Of a DNA stretch of 64,000 bases, positions 1-9,375 are shown piece by piece; the stretch's first letter is position 1; each line of letters begins with the position of its first letter. A program made the position numbers and the translations under genes. The notes under the pieces are model-generated. The model saw only the letters and a list, made by a program, of their open reading frames with translations. It was not told the DNA's origin and ran no database searches. The stretch comes from a virus, in the IMG/VR virus record IMGVR_UViG_3300028416_000014, positions 3,429 to 67,428 of that record. One strand, written 5' to 3'.

Positions 1-42
1 TTGTTTTTATTGTATATAAATATTAAAAATTAATTAATTAAC

Positions 43-2466
43 TTAGTTTACGTAGTATGTCAATTCGTACTTACCACTTGGCATACCATATAATGAAATC
101 TGTAATGCTTTTCGCTGTGGTTTACCATTTTTTAATAATCCGATAGTAGCATCTGTATTTTTTTCTGTGCCTGGTCTAATTCTACCATGTCTACCACCTA
201 GTCCTATTTGTGATTGCCAATCATCTTCATCAATTTCAAATCCACGCTTTTCAATCATTTTTCTGGCATAATTTACAGCTTCGGTTGCACTATCGAAATA
301 AGTATCTTTGGCTTCGTTTACTGATTCAACTTTTATTTTGAGTAGGTCTGTTAGTTTTGTGGATTCGTTTGTTGATTCTAACTTACCACCCATTTTATTA
401 TACATCTTTTTCAATCGAGCTAAGTGTTCTTCATCTCGTGCATTAGTGACCATACCTTGTTTCTTAATTTTATCTTGAAACATTTTTATAGCATCTTCCA
501 ATTTTTTGAGTTCATTGGACTCGTTTACTGATTCTCTGAATAATTTTTTGTAGTATTTTAAAACTTCTTCTTTATCATCAAAAGAGCCACCCCTAGGAAC
601 TAAACTAATACCGGTATCTAAAATTTTTGCGATTGATTTTTTATCACTATATACAAAATAAGCATCAGCACCTCTATCAAAATCACCACCAGCGATTTTC
701 TTTCCTTTATATGATACGGTAACAGAACCATCTTTTGATACAAATCTAAAGTTACCATCTTTTACATCCCAACCTTCGTTTACTGATTCTTTAAGTTCTG
801 CATTGCTAGCTATCAAAGAGTTCATTTTTAAAACACCTTTAATATCTGAATCTTTCAATGAACCTTTACCATATGCCTTAGCGTATTTATCACTCATAAA
901 GATTATTTTAGTAGTACTTTTAAGTCGTGATACTACTGCAAAAAGTGCAGTTGTATTATATTTGTTAGCTGTCGTACCATATAAATAAATCAATGGATTT
1001 TTAAATGCTTTGGAATATTTTTTAAGTTGCGCATCAAATTTATCTGGTTCTATTCTAATTGGATTGGGATATAATTTAATTTCATCATCGGCTATATTTG
1101 CCCAATCAATCTTTTTATCTAATGATGCTTTTATCTTAGAAGATGATACTGCTTCGTTTACTGATTTAACTTTTTTTTTGAGTATATCAGTTAGTTTTGT
1201 GGATTCGTTTGTTGATTCACCTACGAATTTCTTAGCGTTTTCTTTATCTTCTTTATCAACACCAGTTACTTTGTAAGTTTTACCATCTACTTCAAATGAA
1301 TCTTCACCACTTGCGATTGCTTTTGCTCTTGCAGCACCAAACTCATTACCTTCTTCCAATTCGTTGATTTCGTAGTACTTTCCTAATACTTCACCAATTT
1401 CATCGTATGCTGATTCCAATCTTTGTTGTAGTGTAGAAACTTCTTTAAGTGTTTTTTCAAATACTTTAAAAGATTCATTCATCCTTTTCATATGTCTACC
1501 TACAGTAACACCATCGAACCAATCTTGCGTTTCATCAATAGTCATTTTTTGTGCTACTTCCACCACGTTTTTGATTGATTGGTATACCTCTTTTAAATCT
1601 CGATTTCTGTAGATAGATTCACTATACCGTTTGTATGATTTAACTGCTTCTAAAAACGCTTGTTTTTGTTCTAAGTTAAGTCCAGATTCTCGTTGTATTT
1701 CCTCACCCTTTTCATTTACAAATGAGCGAGCGTATGGGTTAGAGTATACTTGACCTATTTTCATATTCCCATTGAAGTATGCTTGGGATTTAAACTCTTT
1801 TAATAGTTCTATAGCGTCATCCATTGTGGATTCATTTACTGATTTATATTCTGTAGTTAATCTTTTTTTATGTTTCTTAGCCATTTTCACTGCGGCTTTT
1901 AACGCACTTTTAAAATCAGTAGTAGATTCAAATGCTATTTGGTCGTCATAAGTGTCAATACTAACATAATACCCATCATCATCACCAAACCCAATATATA
2001 ACATCATTTCATCACCACCCGCAAATAGAAAATCGCTAGTACCCGAATCGTATCTAGTCTGAGTAGTTTCGGAGTCTACTCTTACACCCGTTGCTCGTTC
2101 TAGAGCTTTTCTAACCATCTCTTGCTCTTTATCTGTTAAAGCTTCATCCGATGATTCGTTAAGTTTGGCTTCATTTACTGATTCTCCATAGAGTTGCTTC
2201 CATGTTTTTGCAGCACCTTTTACAGGTTCAACGATATAATGGTTAGTTCCTCTCTTACCCTTACCTGAATATTTTACTACTTTGGCTAATATAGATTTAC
2301 CTTGTTCATCTTCGGCTCGAATTATACTACCAATTTTTAGTTTTTCGTCAGCTGGTACTTTTATGGTCATTGGGCCATCATATTTTTCGTTTACTGATTC
2401 TTTAAGTTCACCTCTTAGTCGTTTGATTTGTTCATTCATCAATTCTCTATTCTTTTTGATACTCAT
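43..2466 (-). CDS. Putative internal head (capsid cargo) polyprotein with repeated (E/K)S(V/T)NE linkers
   Basis: 807-aa ORF immediately downstream of the prohead protease. Nine (E/K)S(V/T)NE motifs separate dissimilar segments of roughly 45-200 aa. Confidence 0.6.
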   Translation of the reverse strand: MSIKKNRELMNEQIKRLRGELKESVNEKYDGPMTIKVPADEKLKIGSIIRAEDEQGKSILAKVVKYSGKGKRGTNHYIVEPVKGAAKTWKQLYGESVNEAKLNESSDEALTDKEQEMVRKALERATGVRVDSETTQTRYDSGTSDFLFAGGDEMMLYIGFGDDDGYYVSIDTYDDQIAFESTTDFKSALKAAVKMAKKHKKRLTTEYKSVNESTMDDAIELLKEFKSQAYFNGNMKIGQVYSNPYARSFVNEKGEEIQRESGLNLEQKQAFLEAVKSYKRYSESIYRNRDLKEVYQSIKNVVEVAQKMTIDETQDWFDGVTVGRHMKRMNESFKVFEKTLKEVSTLQQRLESAYDEIGEVLGKYYEINELEEGNEFGAARAKAIASGEDSFEVDGKTYKVTGVDKEDKENAKKFVGESTNESTKLTDILKKKVKSVNEAVSSSKIKASLDKKIDWANIADDEIKLYPNPIRIEPDKFDAQLKKYSKAFKNPLIYLYGTTANKYNTTALFAVVSRLKSTTKIIFMSDKYAKAYGKGSLKDSDIKGVLKMNSLIASNAELKESVNEGWDVKDGNFRFVSKDGSVTVSYKGKKIAGGDFDRGADAYFVYSDKKSIAKILDTGISLVPRGGSFDDKEEVLKYYKKLFRESVNESNELKKLEDAIKMFQDKIKKQGMVTNARDEEHLARLKKMYNKMGGKLESTNESTKLTDLLKIKVESVNEAKDTYFDSATEAVNYARKMIEKRGFEIDEDDWQSQIGLGGRHGRIRPGTEKNTDATIGLLKNGKPQRKALQISLYGMPSGKYELTYYVN
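311..1218. repeat. 68-bp direct repeat pair (311-378 and 1151-1218) encoding ESTNESTKLTD(I/L)LKxKVxSVNEA
   Basis: 63/68 identity by manual comparison, with a 29-bp perfect core at 350-378 and 1190-1218. Confidence 0.9.
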
Positions 2467-2484
2467 TTTTGATTCCTATTTTAA

Positions 2485-3099
2485 TTATAAACAACAAACG
2501 CCATCAATCTCACAAATGATGTCACGTATTATATTATTGATTTTATTATATGATTTTAATTTATTAGATGTTATTGATTCGTTTATTGGTCTCATAAATG
2601 CACCATGTGTAGATGGATTAGATACAAAATCCCAACAAACTAAATCAAAGTCATCTTCTACTACAACAGTGCCACCCTTTGATTCTTTTACTGAACCCAT
2701 ACCACGTGATGATATACCAACTGTACAGCCAGCTTCCAATAGTTCTTTTAGGATGTTTCCGGCTGGAGTTTTTAGAATTTCAACTTTACCAACCACATCG
2801 TTACCATCCCACCATACATCTCTAACTATATGTGATGTATTTTTTAATTCCACCACCGATGAATCCGGATGGTCTAATTCACCATAAGCACGATTTTCTT
2901 TGATTTCTCTATCTTTGTATTTAGATACTTCACGCATTAGGATTTCTTTTGGATATACCCTACCATTTTGGTTTTTAGCTTCAGCCCTTTGTAAGACACC
3001 CTCTACTATTAACCTACCACCATTAGTTGCAATAGCCTCATTGATTTGTGCTTTTGTTAAGCTGAAATTTTGTGTATCTACTAATAGTCTTTTCATCAT
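2485..3099 (-). CDS. Prohead core protease (T4 gp21-like)
   Basis: Motifs NQNGRVYP, GELDHP, GISSRGMGS and WDFVSNPS are typical of gp21-type proteases; close to the portal gene. Confidence 0.92.
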   Translation of the reverse strand: MMKRLLVDTQNFSLTKAQINEAIATNGGRLIVEGVLQRAEAKNQNGRVYPKEILMREVSKYKDREIKENRAYGELDHPDSSVVELKNTSHIVRDVWWDGNDVVGKVEILKTPAGNILKELLEAGCTVGISSRGMGSVKESKGGTVVVEDDFDLVCWDFVSNPSTHGAFMRPINESITSNKLKSYNKINNIIRDIICEIDGVCCL

Positions 3100-3106
3100 T
3101 TCCTTG

Positions 3107-3613
3107 TTATGAGCTTAGTTCTTTTATTTTTCGTGCAACTCTAACCATTCTTTCAGATATTTTCTGAAATCTAGCTTGTGTTGATTTCCAATATTGTCCG
3201 TTGTGTACACCTGCTTCTTGTTTTAATTTTGAATTTTGGTTTACAATACGTTCCATTTTATACATCATCGAATTTATCTTTTTGATTGAATCGTTTATTT
3301 TTTGATAATCCTTTCTTGAATCATCTTTTTTGTATTCTTTATAAGATATTTCGTTGATTAATGATTCCATCTTAGTTTCAAAAGCTTCCATTGCTTGTGT
3401 ATGCTTATTGGATTTTTTGGATTTTTTGTAACCCAACACTTCAATTGTGTCATCATCCAAATCATCTTCATCGTTAGATTTTGAAAATGCCATTGGCGTT
3501 CTTGGTGGGCCTTCACCACCATCTAAATTAGATGTAACATTCGCTTCATCCAATTCTTCTTCTTCATATTGTTGAAATTTATCGTTAAGTTCTTTTATTA
3601 AACTTTTCATCAT
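3107..3613 (-). CDS. Hypothetical head-region protein
   Basis: 168-aa ORF in the head operon with an acidic N-half and coiled-coil C-half; contains a SLINE motif. Confidence 0.7.
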   Translation of the reverse strand: MMKSLIKELNDKFQQYEEEELDEANVTSNLDGGEGPPRTPMAFSKSNDEDDLDDDTIEVLGYKKSKKSNKHTQAMEAFETKMESLINEISYKEYKKDDSRKDYQKINDSIKKINSMMYKMERIVNQNSKLKQEAGVHNGQYWKSTQARFQKISERMVRVARKIKELSS

Positions 3614-4455
3614 TTATATACCTTTTTCAGTTCTTTGTATAATTCATAATACCTAAGTAATGATAATACTTGAGATTCTGATATTATTTTCGATTCTTTC
3701 AATTTGGCTGTAAGCTTTGTAACTTCATTTACTTTTATTTTTATAACATCATCTGTTATGTTAATTTTATTTAGAGCGGATTCTAAGATATTACATTCTT
3801 TAACAACAAATGATTTCAACTTTTCAGAATTATCTACTGAATTGATGTATTCCTTTAATACACTTCTTTGTTTTTTAGTCAGCGTTGTGTATTTTTCGTT
3901 AAAGTTTTCAACTAAAAGTTTCCAAGCGAGTAATCTAACTTCTTTAGGCTGTTTTGAATAACTTTCATTTACTTTAGATTCTACAACAGATTTTTTAGAT
4001 TTACCAGTCATATGCTCTAACAAAGTTGATTTACATTCTATATGTTGTTTAGGGCTATCGTTACTTGAATATTCAAATAGTTTATATATTGATGCATTTT
4101 CTTTATAGTTTGTAATTCTATATTTAAAGAAATCCTCTAAAACATATTTATTTTTAATATCTTTTATTAAATTATACTTTTCTCTATTTAATGATTTTTT
4201 ATTTAATTTAGAGCGCTCGTTAAGTATTATATTTAAAAATTCACTAGCTTTATATTCTGAATTAAATACTTCGTTGATTGTAGTTTGGTATAATTTAAGT
4301 TCTTTTGATAAATCAGTATTATTACTAAAATACTTTTTGATTATAGCCGTAGCGTTTGAATCTCTATTGTTTAAAGTATCAGTAGCTATCTGCCTTACCA
4401 AAAGCTCAAATAGAACACCAGTATTTCTATATTTGTTGTGTTTAAGTTTTTTCAT
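3610..4455 (-). CDS. Hypothetical head-region protein
   Basis: 281-aa ORF between portal and protease, with a 4-bp overlap with the next gene. Confidence 0.75.
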   Translation of the reverse strand: MKKLKHNKYRNTGVLFELLVRQIATDTLNNRDSNATAIIKKYFSNNTDLSKELKLYQTTINEVFNSEYKASEFLNIILNERSKLNKKSLNREKYNLIKDIKNKYVLEDFFKYRITNYKENASIYKLFEYSSNDSPKQHIECKSTLLEHMTGKSKKSVVESKVNESYSKQPKEVRLLAWKLLVENFNEKYTTLTKKQRSVLKEYINSVDNSEKLKSFVVKECNILESALNKINITDDVIKIKVNEVTKLTAKLKESKIISESQVLSLLRYYELYKELKKVYK

Positions 4456-4500
4456 TATATTACATCAATTTTTACAAACTATAAGTTAACTATAAATATA

Positions 4501-6333
4501 CTAAATATCAGATTCCAATATATTTTTTTCATCTAACATATCAATTTCATCTTTATTATCAGTAGGTTTTAAAGATTCTGTTATAATTTTCTTAGTTTTA
4601 AGCTTCATCTTCATAGAATCTAACATAGCATTAGTAGATTCACTATTTATAGATTTATTTCCCAATGGGTCACGACCAAATGGTGATTTATCAGTTGCGT
4701 AATTACCACCCTCTTTTGGTCTACCAGCACCTTCCCAACCACCATCTGGAACTTCATTTTCAAACTGTGGTTTTTCACTATCACCGCCACTTTCTGTTTG
4801 TTGGATTGTTGCAAGGTCGTGTGGTGTTCCGAATGATTCACCTGTAACCGATGGGTCATTACCCTCATTCTGTATTTGCTCTTGCCTGAACCCTAATTTC
4901 AAATCATTGATAACGCCATATTGTTCTTTTTGCCACTCTTGCTGAGACATATTGAATATATTTTCATATATCCATTTTTGAGATATCAATTTACTATCTT
5001 TCAAATCATTAGCTAATCTAATTTTTTCAGACCATAAATTTGCTTTTTCTTGGTCATATATTACCGATGGGTTTGTTAATTCTATGTTGAAATTAACCAA
5101 ATCGGCATCAGTATATCCTTGAGAGTATAAATGTATTATTGCTATTTTAGTTAGTTCTGAAAGTGCAATCTTTTGGATTCGTTCAACCGAGCGAGCGAAC
5201 CTAATATCTTGTTGAGCTAACGTAGCTTTACCCGATACACCCTCATCATATCCGATAAACGATTTTGGCACTTTAAGACCTGCTAACATTCTGTTTTTTA
5301 AGTATTCAACATCATCAATACCACCAAATTCCATCCCACTTAGAGAATCAATTTCAGTTCCACTCTGACCACCCCTAATTGGCAAGTAATAATCTTCCAA
5401 CATATTTTGAAGATTGAACTTTAGATTGTAGTCTCCAGTGGTTTCATCTATATATGGTGTTTTTTTCATTTGGTCTATGATATTACGCATATATGTATCC
5501 ACTTCACCCGGTGGTATATTACCAATATCAATTTTAAAGATTCGCTTTTCAGGCGCCCTCATAATGCGATGTATCATCATCGCATCTTCCATCAAGGTTA
5601 ACTGCTTCCAAGTTTTCCGTGCTCCTTCTAATAAAGAGCGGCCGTAGGGTAGGAAATTACTATCAGATATTAATCTGAAGTGGGCCACTTGGAATGATTC
5701 TAAGTATTTTGTATTACTTTTAACTGAATGATGGTTTGTATTGTGTTGTTCTACTTCAAATCTAACTGAATATGGGTTATCCAAATCGTAACCTTCTTCT
5801 CTTATAGTTTCATATACTGAGAGTGGTTGTACATTTACAACACCCAATTCATCATCGATATCCAAATATAAATAGTAGTCACCATATTTGACCATACCAC
5901 GAATCCATGCCCATAGGTTGAATTCGATATTCAAAACATCATAGAATAAATTATTTAAAGTTTTCTTTATTTTTTCATTTGATGAATTTATTCTAAGAAC
6001 ATCATTCATATCATTTTTTAAAGTACATTCATCAGAATATATATCCAAAACAGATGATATTATGGAATCCTTATCCATAGCTTCATAGTCTGTATAAAGT
6101 TCTAATTTGTTAGAATGATAATTAAAACGGTCATTGTAAGTTTGCCAATTCTTCTTTGAGTTAGAGCCGTGTAATCTACCGTATCTATCATAGTAAGATG
6201 AGCTTTCTGAATTACCAGAGCTCTGAAGTCTTGATGAGTCAACTACTTTGATTTTGTTTTTGCCGAGCCGCCTTACAACAACTTGTGTTGAAAACAATCG
6301 TTGAAGTCTACTGAATAATGATTTATCTGCCAT
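4501..6333 (-). CDS. Portal protein (T4 gp20-like)
   Basis: EDAMMIHRIMRAPEKRIFKIDIGNIP and MLEDYYLPIRGG...TEIDSL match T4 gp20-family motifs. Confidence 0.95.
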   Translation of the reverse strand: MADKSLFSRLQRLFSTQVVVRRLGKNKIKVVDSSRLQSSGNSESSSYYDRYGRLHGSNSKKNWQTYNDRFNYHSNKLELYTDYEAMDKDSIISSVLDIYSDECTLKNDMNDVLRINSSNEKIKKTLNNLFYDVLNIEFNLWAWIRGMVKYGDYYLYLDIDDELGVVNVQPLSVYETIREEGYDLDNPYSVRFEVEQHNTNHHSVKSNTKYLESFQVAHFRLISDSNFLPYGRSLLEGARKTWKQLTLMEDAMMIHRIMRAPEKRIFKIDIGNIPPGEVDTYMRNIIDQMKKTPYIDETTGDYNLKFNLQNMLEDYYLPIRGGQSGTEIDSLSGMEFGGIDDVEYLKNRMLAGLKVPKSFIGYDEGVSGKATLAQQDIRFARSVERIQKIALSELTKIAIIHLYSQGYTDADLVNFNIELTNPSVIYDQEKANLWSEKIRLANDLKDSKLISQKWIYENIFNMSQQEWQKEQYGVINDLKLGFRQEQIQNEGNDPSVTGESFGTPHDLATIQQTESGGDSEKPQFENEVPDGGWEGAGRPKEGGNYATDKSPFGRDPLGNKSINSESTNAMLDSMKMKLKTKKIITESLKPTDNKDEIDMLDEKNILESDI

Positions 6334-6387
6334 AATATAATTTAGTTAATAATATCTTACAAAATATAAATATTGAAAAAAATACAT

Positions 6388-7959
6388 TTACAATAACCAC
6401 CGAATATCTTCATTGTTTTTACCAACTTTCATATTCCACATATCGGTAGCTTTTTTAGATGTAGTTTTGAATACACCTGAATTTTTAGTTGTTAGAGATA
6501 GTGCCCTTTTATTTAGCTCAATACCCTGCTGTCTTAGTTTTAAGGCGGTATCTCTAACCCATAGCGATGTTGAGAATGATATTACCAAATCATCATTATA
6601 CCCACGCTGAGCTTCTGCTCTACTACCATTCCAAATAAATACAAATAATTCATCAATCAGCCGTTTTGAACGTATAATTGGTACACGCTCCCTCATATAA
6701 GTATCTAATTTTGATATTACCAGCGGCCTAGTCCTACTTGTCATTGAAAATCCAGGTACCATTTGTGATTTATCTTTTAAATCATATGCCTTTTGTAAAT
6801 GTATATTTTCATCCACATATCCAAATTCCTTATATGAATAGTATAAGTTTTTATAGTTTCTATCTATTGCTTCTTGAATTACAGCCCAGCCAATATTAGC
6901 GTTTTCAATCACTAACAATGCATCATTCCATTCAGTAGCAACATTTACTAACAGATTACCATATTGTTTAGTTTCTATCTTACCTTTATACTCAGCCACT
7001 TGTTCTACCGTTTCAACATCAATTACATGGAATGCTGAATAATCTGCGCCATCACCACGAGCAACATCCGCAACAACAATATAATTTTTTGTGTAATTTG
7101 GCTGTGACCATAACCAATAATTCCCATCAAAACCACGTTTTTCTATTGGAGTTTGTATGTGGGTATCTTCAAACCATTTTAGCAATTCACCATCAACAAC
7201 TGTGTAACCAGATGATATGAAATCGCAATCACATTCTTGTGCTGCCATCTTTTCACCTAATAGTTTTGTTTGTTGCTTTCTCCACTTTTTATCTCTTTCT
7301 GGATGAACAGTCCAATGTAGTTTAATAGGATTCCATTCATCACCCTCTTCACCTTTCAACCAAGTTTTATGAAAGAAATTACCAACACCGTTTGGAGTTG
7401 ATAACACAATTGCTTTACCACCGGTTGATAGTGTAGATTGTGATGATGCCCATATTTCATCAATACCTTTGATAAATGCCGCTTCATCTATAATTAACAT
7501 TGATAGTGCTTCAGAACGACCAGCGTCACCACTTGCTGATGTTGCTTTAATTTGTGAACCATTACCAAGTCTAAGTGAAAGTTTGTTATCTTCTATTGTA
7601 TTTCCACGCAACCACGATGGTAAGTTTTCATGCATATATCTAACTTTAGTAACTAAGTTTTTAGCTATTTCTTGTTTGGTTGCAATTACTAAAATATTTT
7701 TATCTTCGTGGAATAACATCATCCACAATGAATATCCAGCTGATAATGTTGATATACCCAATTGTCTTGATTTTAATATAACATTATATTGGTATTCATT
7801 GAATTGACCTAATGCGTTTTCTTGGAAATCATATAGATTGAATAAAATTTTGCCACGTTTTGGATGTTGGATGTAACAATATTTTTTAAAGAAGTATATT
7901 GGGTCTTTTGCACATTTTATATACTCTTCTCGTATTAATTCTTTTATACTCTTAGCCAT
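6388..7959 (-). CDS. terL: Terminase large subunit (T4 gp17-like)
   Basis: KSRQLGIST (Walker A), LIIDEAAF (Walker B), STPNG, ADVARG and DDLV nuclease motifs. Start set at MAKSIKE (7959). Confidence 0.95.
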   Translation of the reverse strand: MAKSIKELIREEYIKCAKDPIYFFKKYCYIQHPKRGKILFNLYDFQENALGQFNEYQYNVILKSRQLGISTLSAGYSLWMMLFHEDKNILVIATKQEIAKNLVTKVRYMHENLPSWLRGNTIEDNKLSLRLGNGSQIKATSASGDAGRSEALSMLIIDEAAFIKGIDEIWASSQSTLSTGGKAIVLSTPNGVGNFFHKTWLKGEEGDEWNPIKLHWTVHPERDKKWRKQQTKLLGEKMAAQECDCDFISSGYTVVDGELLKWFEDTHIQTPIEKRGFDGNYWLWSQPNYTKNYIVVADVARGDGADYSAFHVIDVETVEQVAEYKGKIETKQYGNLLVNVATEWNDALLVIENANIGWAVIQEAIDRNYKNLYYSYKEFGYVDENIHLQKAYDLKDKSQMVPGFSMTSRTRPLVISKLDTYMRERVPIIRSKRLIDELFVFIWNGSRAEAQRGYNDDLVISFSTSLWVRDTALKLRQQGIELNKRALSLTTKNSGVFKTTSKKATDMWNMKVGKNNEDIRWLL

Positions 7960-7960
7960 A

Positions 7961-8560
7961 CTATTTACCAATTCTATATGAATATTGTAAAGATATAGCT
8001 GGTTGTAAATCACTATCAATACCAATACCCAATCCAAATAAATTACGCTTTTTATCTTTATAATTTATCTGAGGTCCTATGAAACTTAATCTTTGTGGTG
8101 TTCCAATCAATCCCAATCCTAAATAAAATTCACGTCTGTTTATGAAATGTTTTTCAGTTATCGTTATTGTAGGTCTAACTAATGTATAATCTATACCACG
8201 TGATAGTATTTTATTTTTTGATATGGTATCATTGATTACAAACTTAACCGAATCAAAATCTTGCGTATCTTTGTAAATATATTGAGCAAAGAAATCTTCA
8301 AGAATCTTAGATGTATCTATAACGATATCACCATATAGTGTATCATATTTTACTATGTATAAACTATCTGTTACAGTATCTACCTGTCTGATTATACGAG
8401 TCGTAAGTTTTGGAATGTAGTTTGTTATTTCATTGGTGATTGTATCGTATTTTATTTCCGTTTTAGTTATTACAACAGGCTCTACATCACCACCACAACT
8501 ACGTAATAGTATTATTAAAATAACCAACCCAATAATTAATATATCCTTTATGTACTTCAC
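7961..8560 (-). CDS. Membrane-anchored protein with C-terminal amphipathic beta-strands (possible spanin-like lysis protein)
   Basis: N-terminal hydrophobic helix followed by LLRSC, a repetitive DT-rich stalk and four C-terminal alternating-hydrophobic strands. Confidence 0.5.
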   Translation of the reverse strand: MKYIKDILIIGLVILIILLRSCGGDVEPVVITKTEIKYDTITNEITNYIPKLTTRIIRQVDTVTDSLYIVKYDTLYGDIVIDTSKILEDFFAQYIYKDTQDFDSVKFVINDTISKNKILSRGIDYTLVRPTITITEKHFINRREFYLGLGLIGTPQRLSFIGPQINYKDKKRNLFGLGIGIDSDLQPAISLQYSYRIGK

Positions 8561-8581
8561 ATTGATACTTTAGTATAAATA

Positions 8582-8869
8582 TTAAAATTTCTTTAGTAAT
8601 GATATCTTTAAATTAGTATTACCTTTAATGATACGGTGATATTCACCCTTTTTAATATATATAACATCACTCTTATTTAGTATAAATGGTAGTTCATTAT
8701 CACGTTGGAATTTCCAACCATTACCCTCTAGTATTGTAACTTCCCTATCTTCTTTATCTCTATGCCATACCAATTCTGAAGAATCCGTATCTACTGTAAA
8801 TTCTCTAATGTAAGTGTTATTACCCTTACTTATTTCGTTATATGGGTTACCAGAATCTACCACCACCAC
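8582..8869 (-). CDS. Small cupin-like protein
   Basis: WHRD...E and IKKGEYHRI follow the cupin pattern; start uncertain. Confidence 0.6.
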   Translation of the reverse strand: MVVVDSGNPYNEISKGNNTYIREFTVDTDSSELVWHRDKEDREVTILEGNGWKFQRDNELPFILNKSDVIYIKKGEYHRIIKGNTNLKISLLKKF

Positions 8870-9368
8870 TTAGCCCTAATGATTTAGCGTATCTTGGCAA
8901 TGCACATGACCAATACCCAGCTTTTGTTTTATCCTTTTTATTAGGACAATCGTGTCTATCGGAAAATGCTTTTCTTGCTTTTGGGTCTTTAAGTTTTACT
9001 GCGAGTTTACCACCACCACCTTTAGCACCAAATGATACTTTTATAACATTACCTTTTTTGTTTTTAACATACACATAGAACTTTTTAGAACCACCGCGTT
9101 TAGGTTTATTCAGTTCTACTTTTTTACTCTGATACTCAGCTTCAGCTAGTATTGGAAAATCTAACAATACAGGTTCACCTTTATATCTACCAACGTTACC
9201 AATATCAGAATCTAAAAAGTATTTCAAATTATCACTAACAGATTCCAATTTAAGTTTTCTTAAGTCATTGAAATATTGAAAAAACTTTACTGAACCATAT
9301 CTGTATGGATTCTTATGTAGTGGTACGTTATTGTCCACATTGTATATTATACCTTCATTTAGTTTCAT
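8847..9368 (-). CDS. Hypothetical protein (two modules, basic C-terminal module)
   Basis: 173 aa; begins MKLNE; internal ILAEAE precedes a basic KKFYVYVK...RHDC...YWSC module. Confidence 0.7.
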   Translation of the reverse strand: MKLNEGIIYNVDNNVPLHKNPYRYGSVKFFQYFNDLRKLKLESVSDNLKYFLDSDIGNVGRYKGEPVLLDFPILAEAEYQSKKVELNKPKRGGSKKFYVYVKNKKGNVIKVSFGAKGGGGKLAVKLKDPKARKAFSDRHDCPNKKDKTKAGYWSCALPRYAKSLGLSGGGRFW

Positions 9369-9375
9369 AGTAGTA

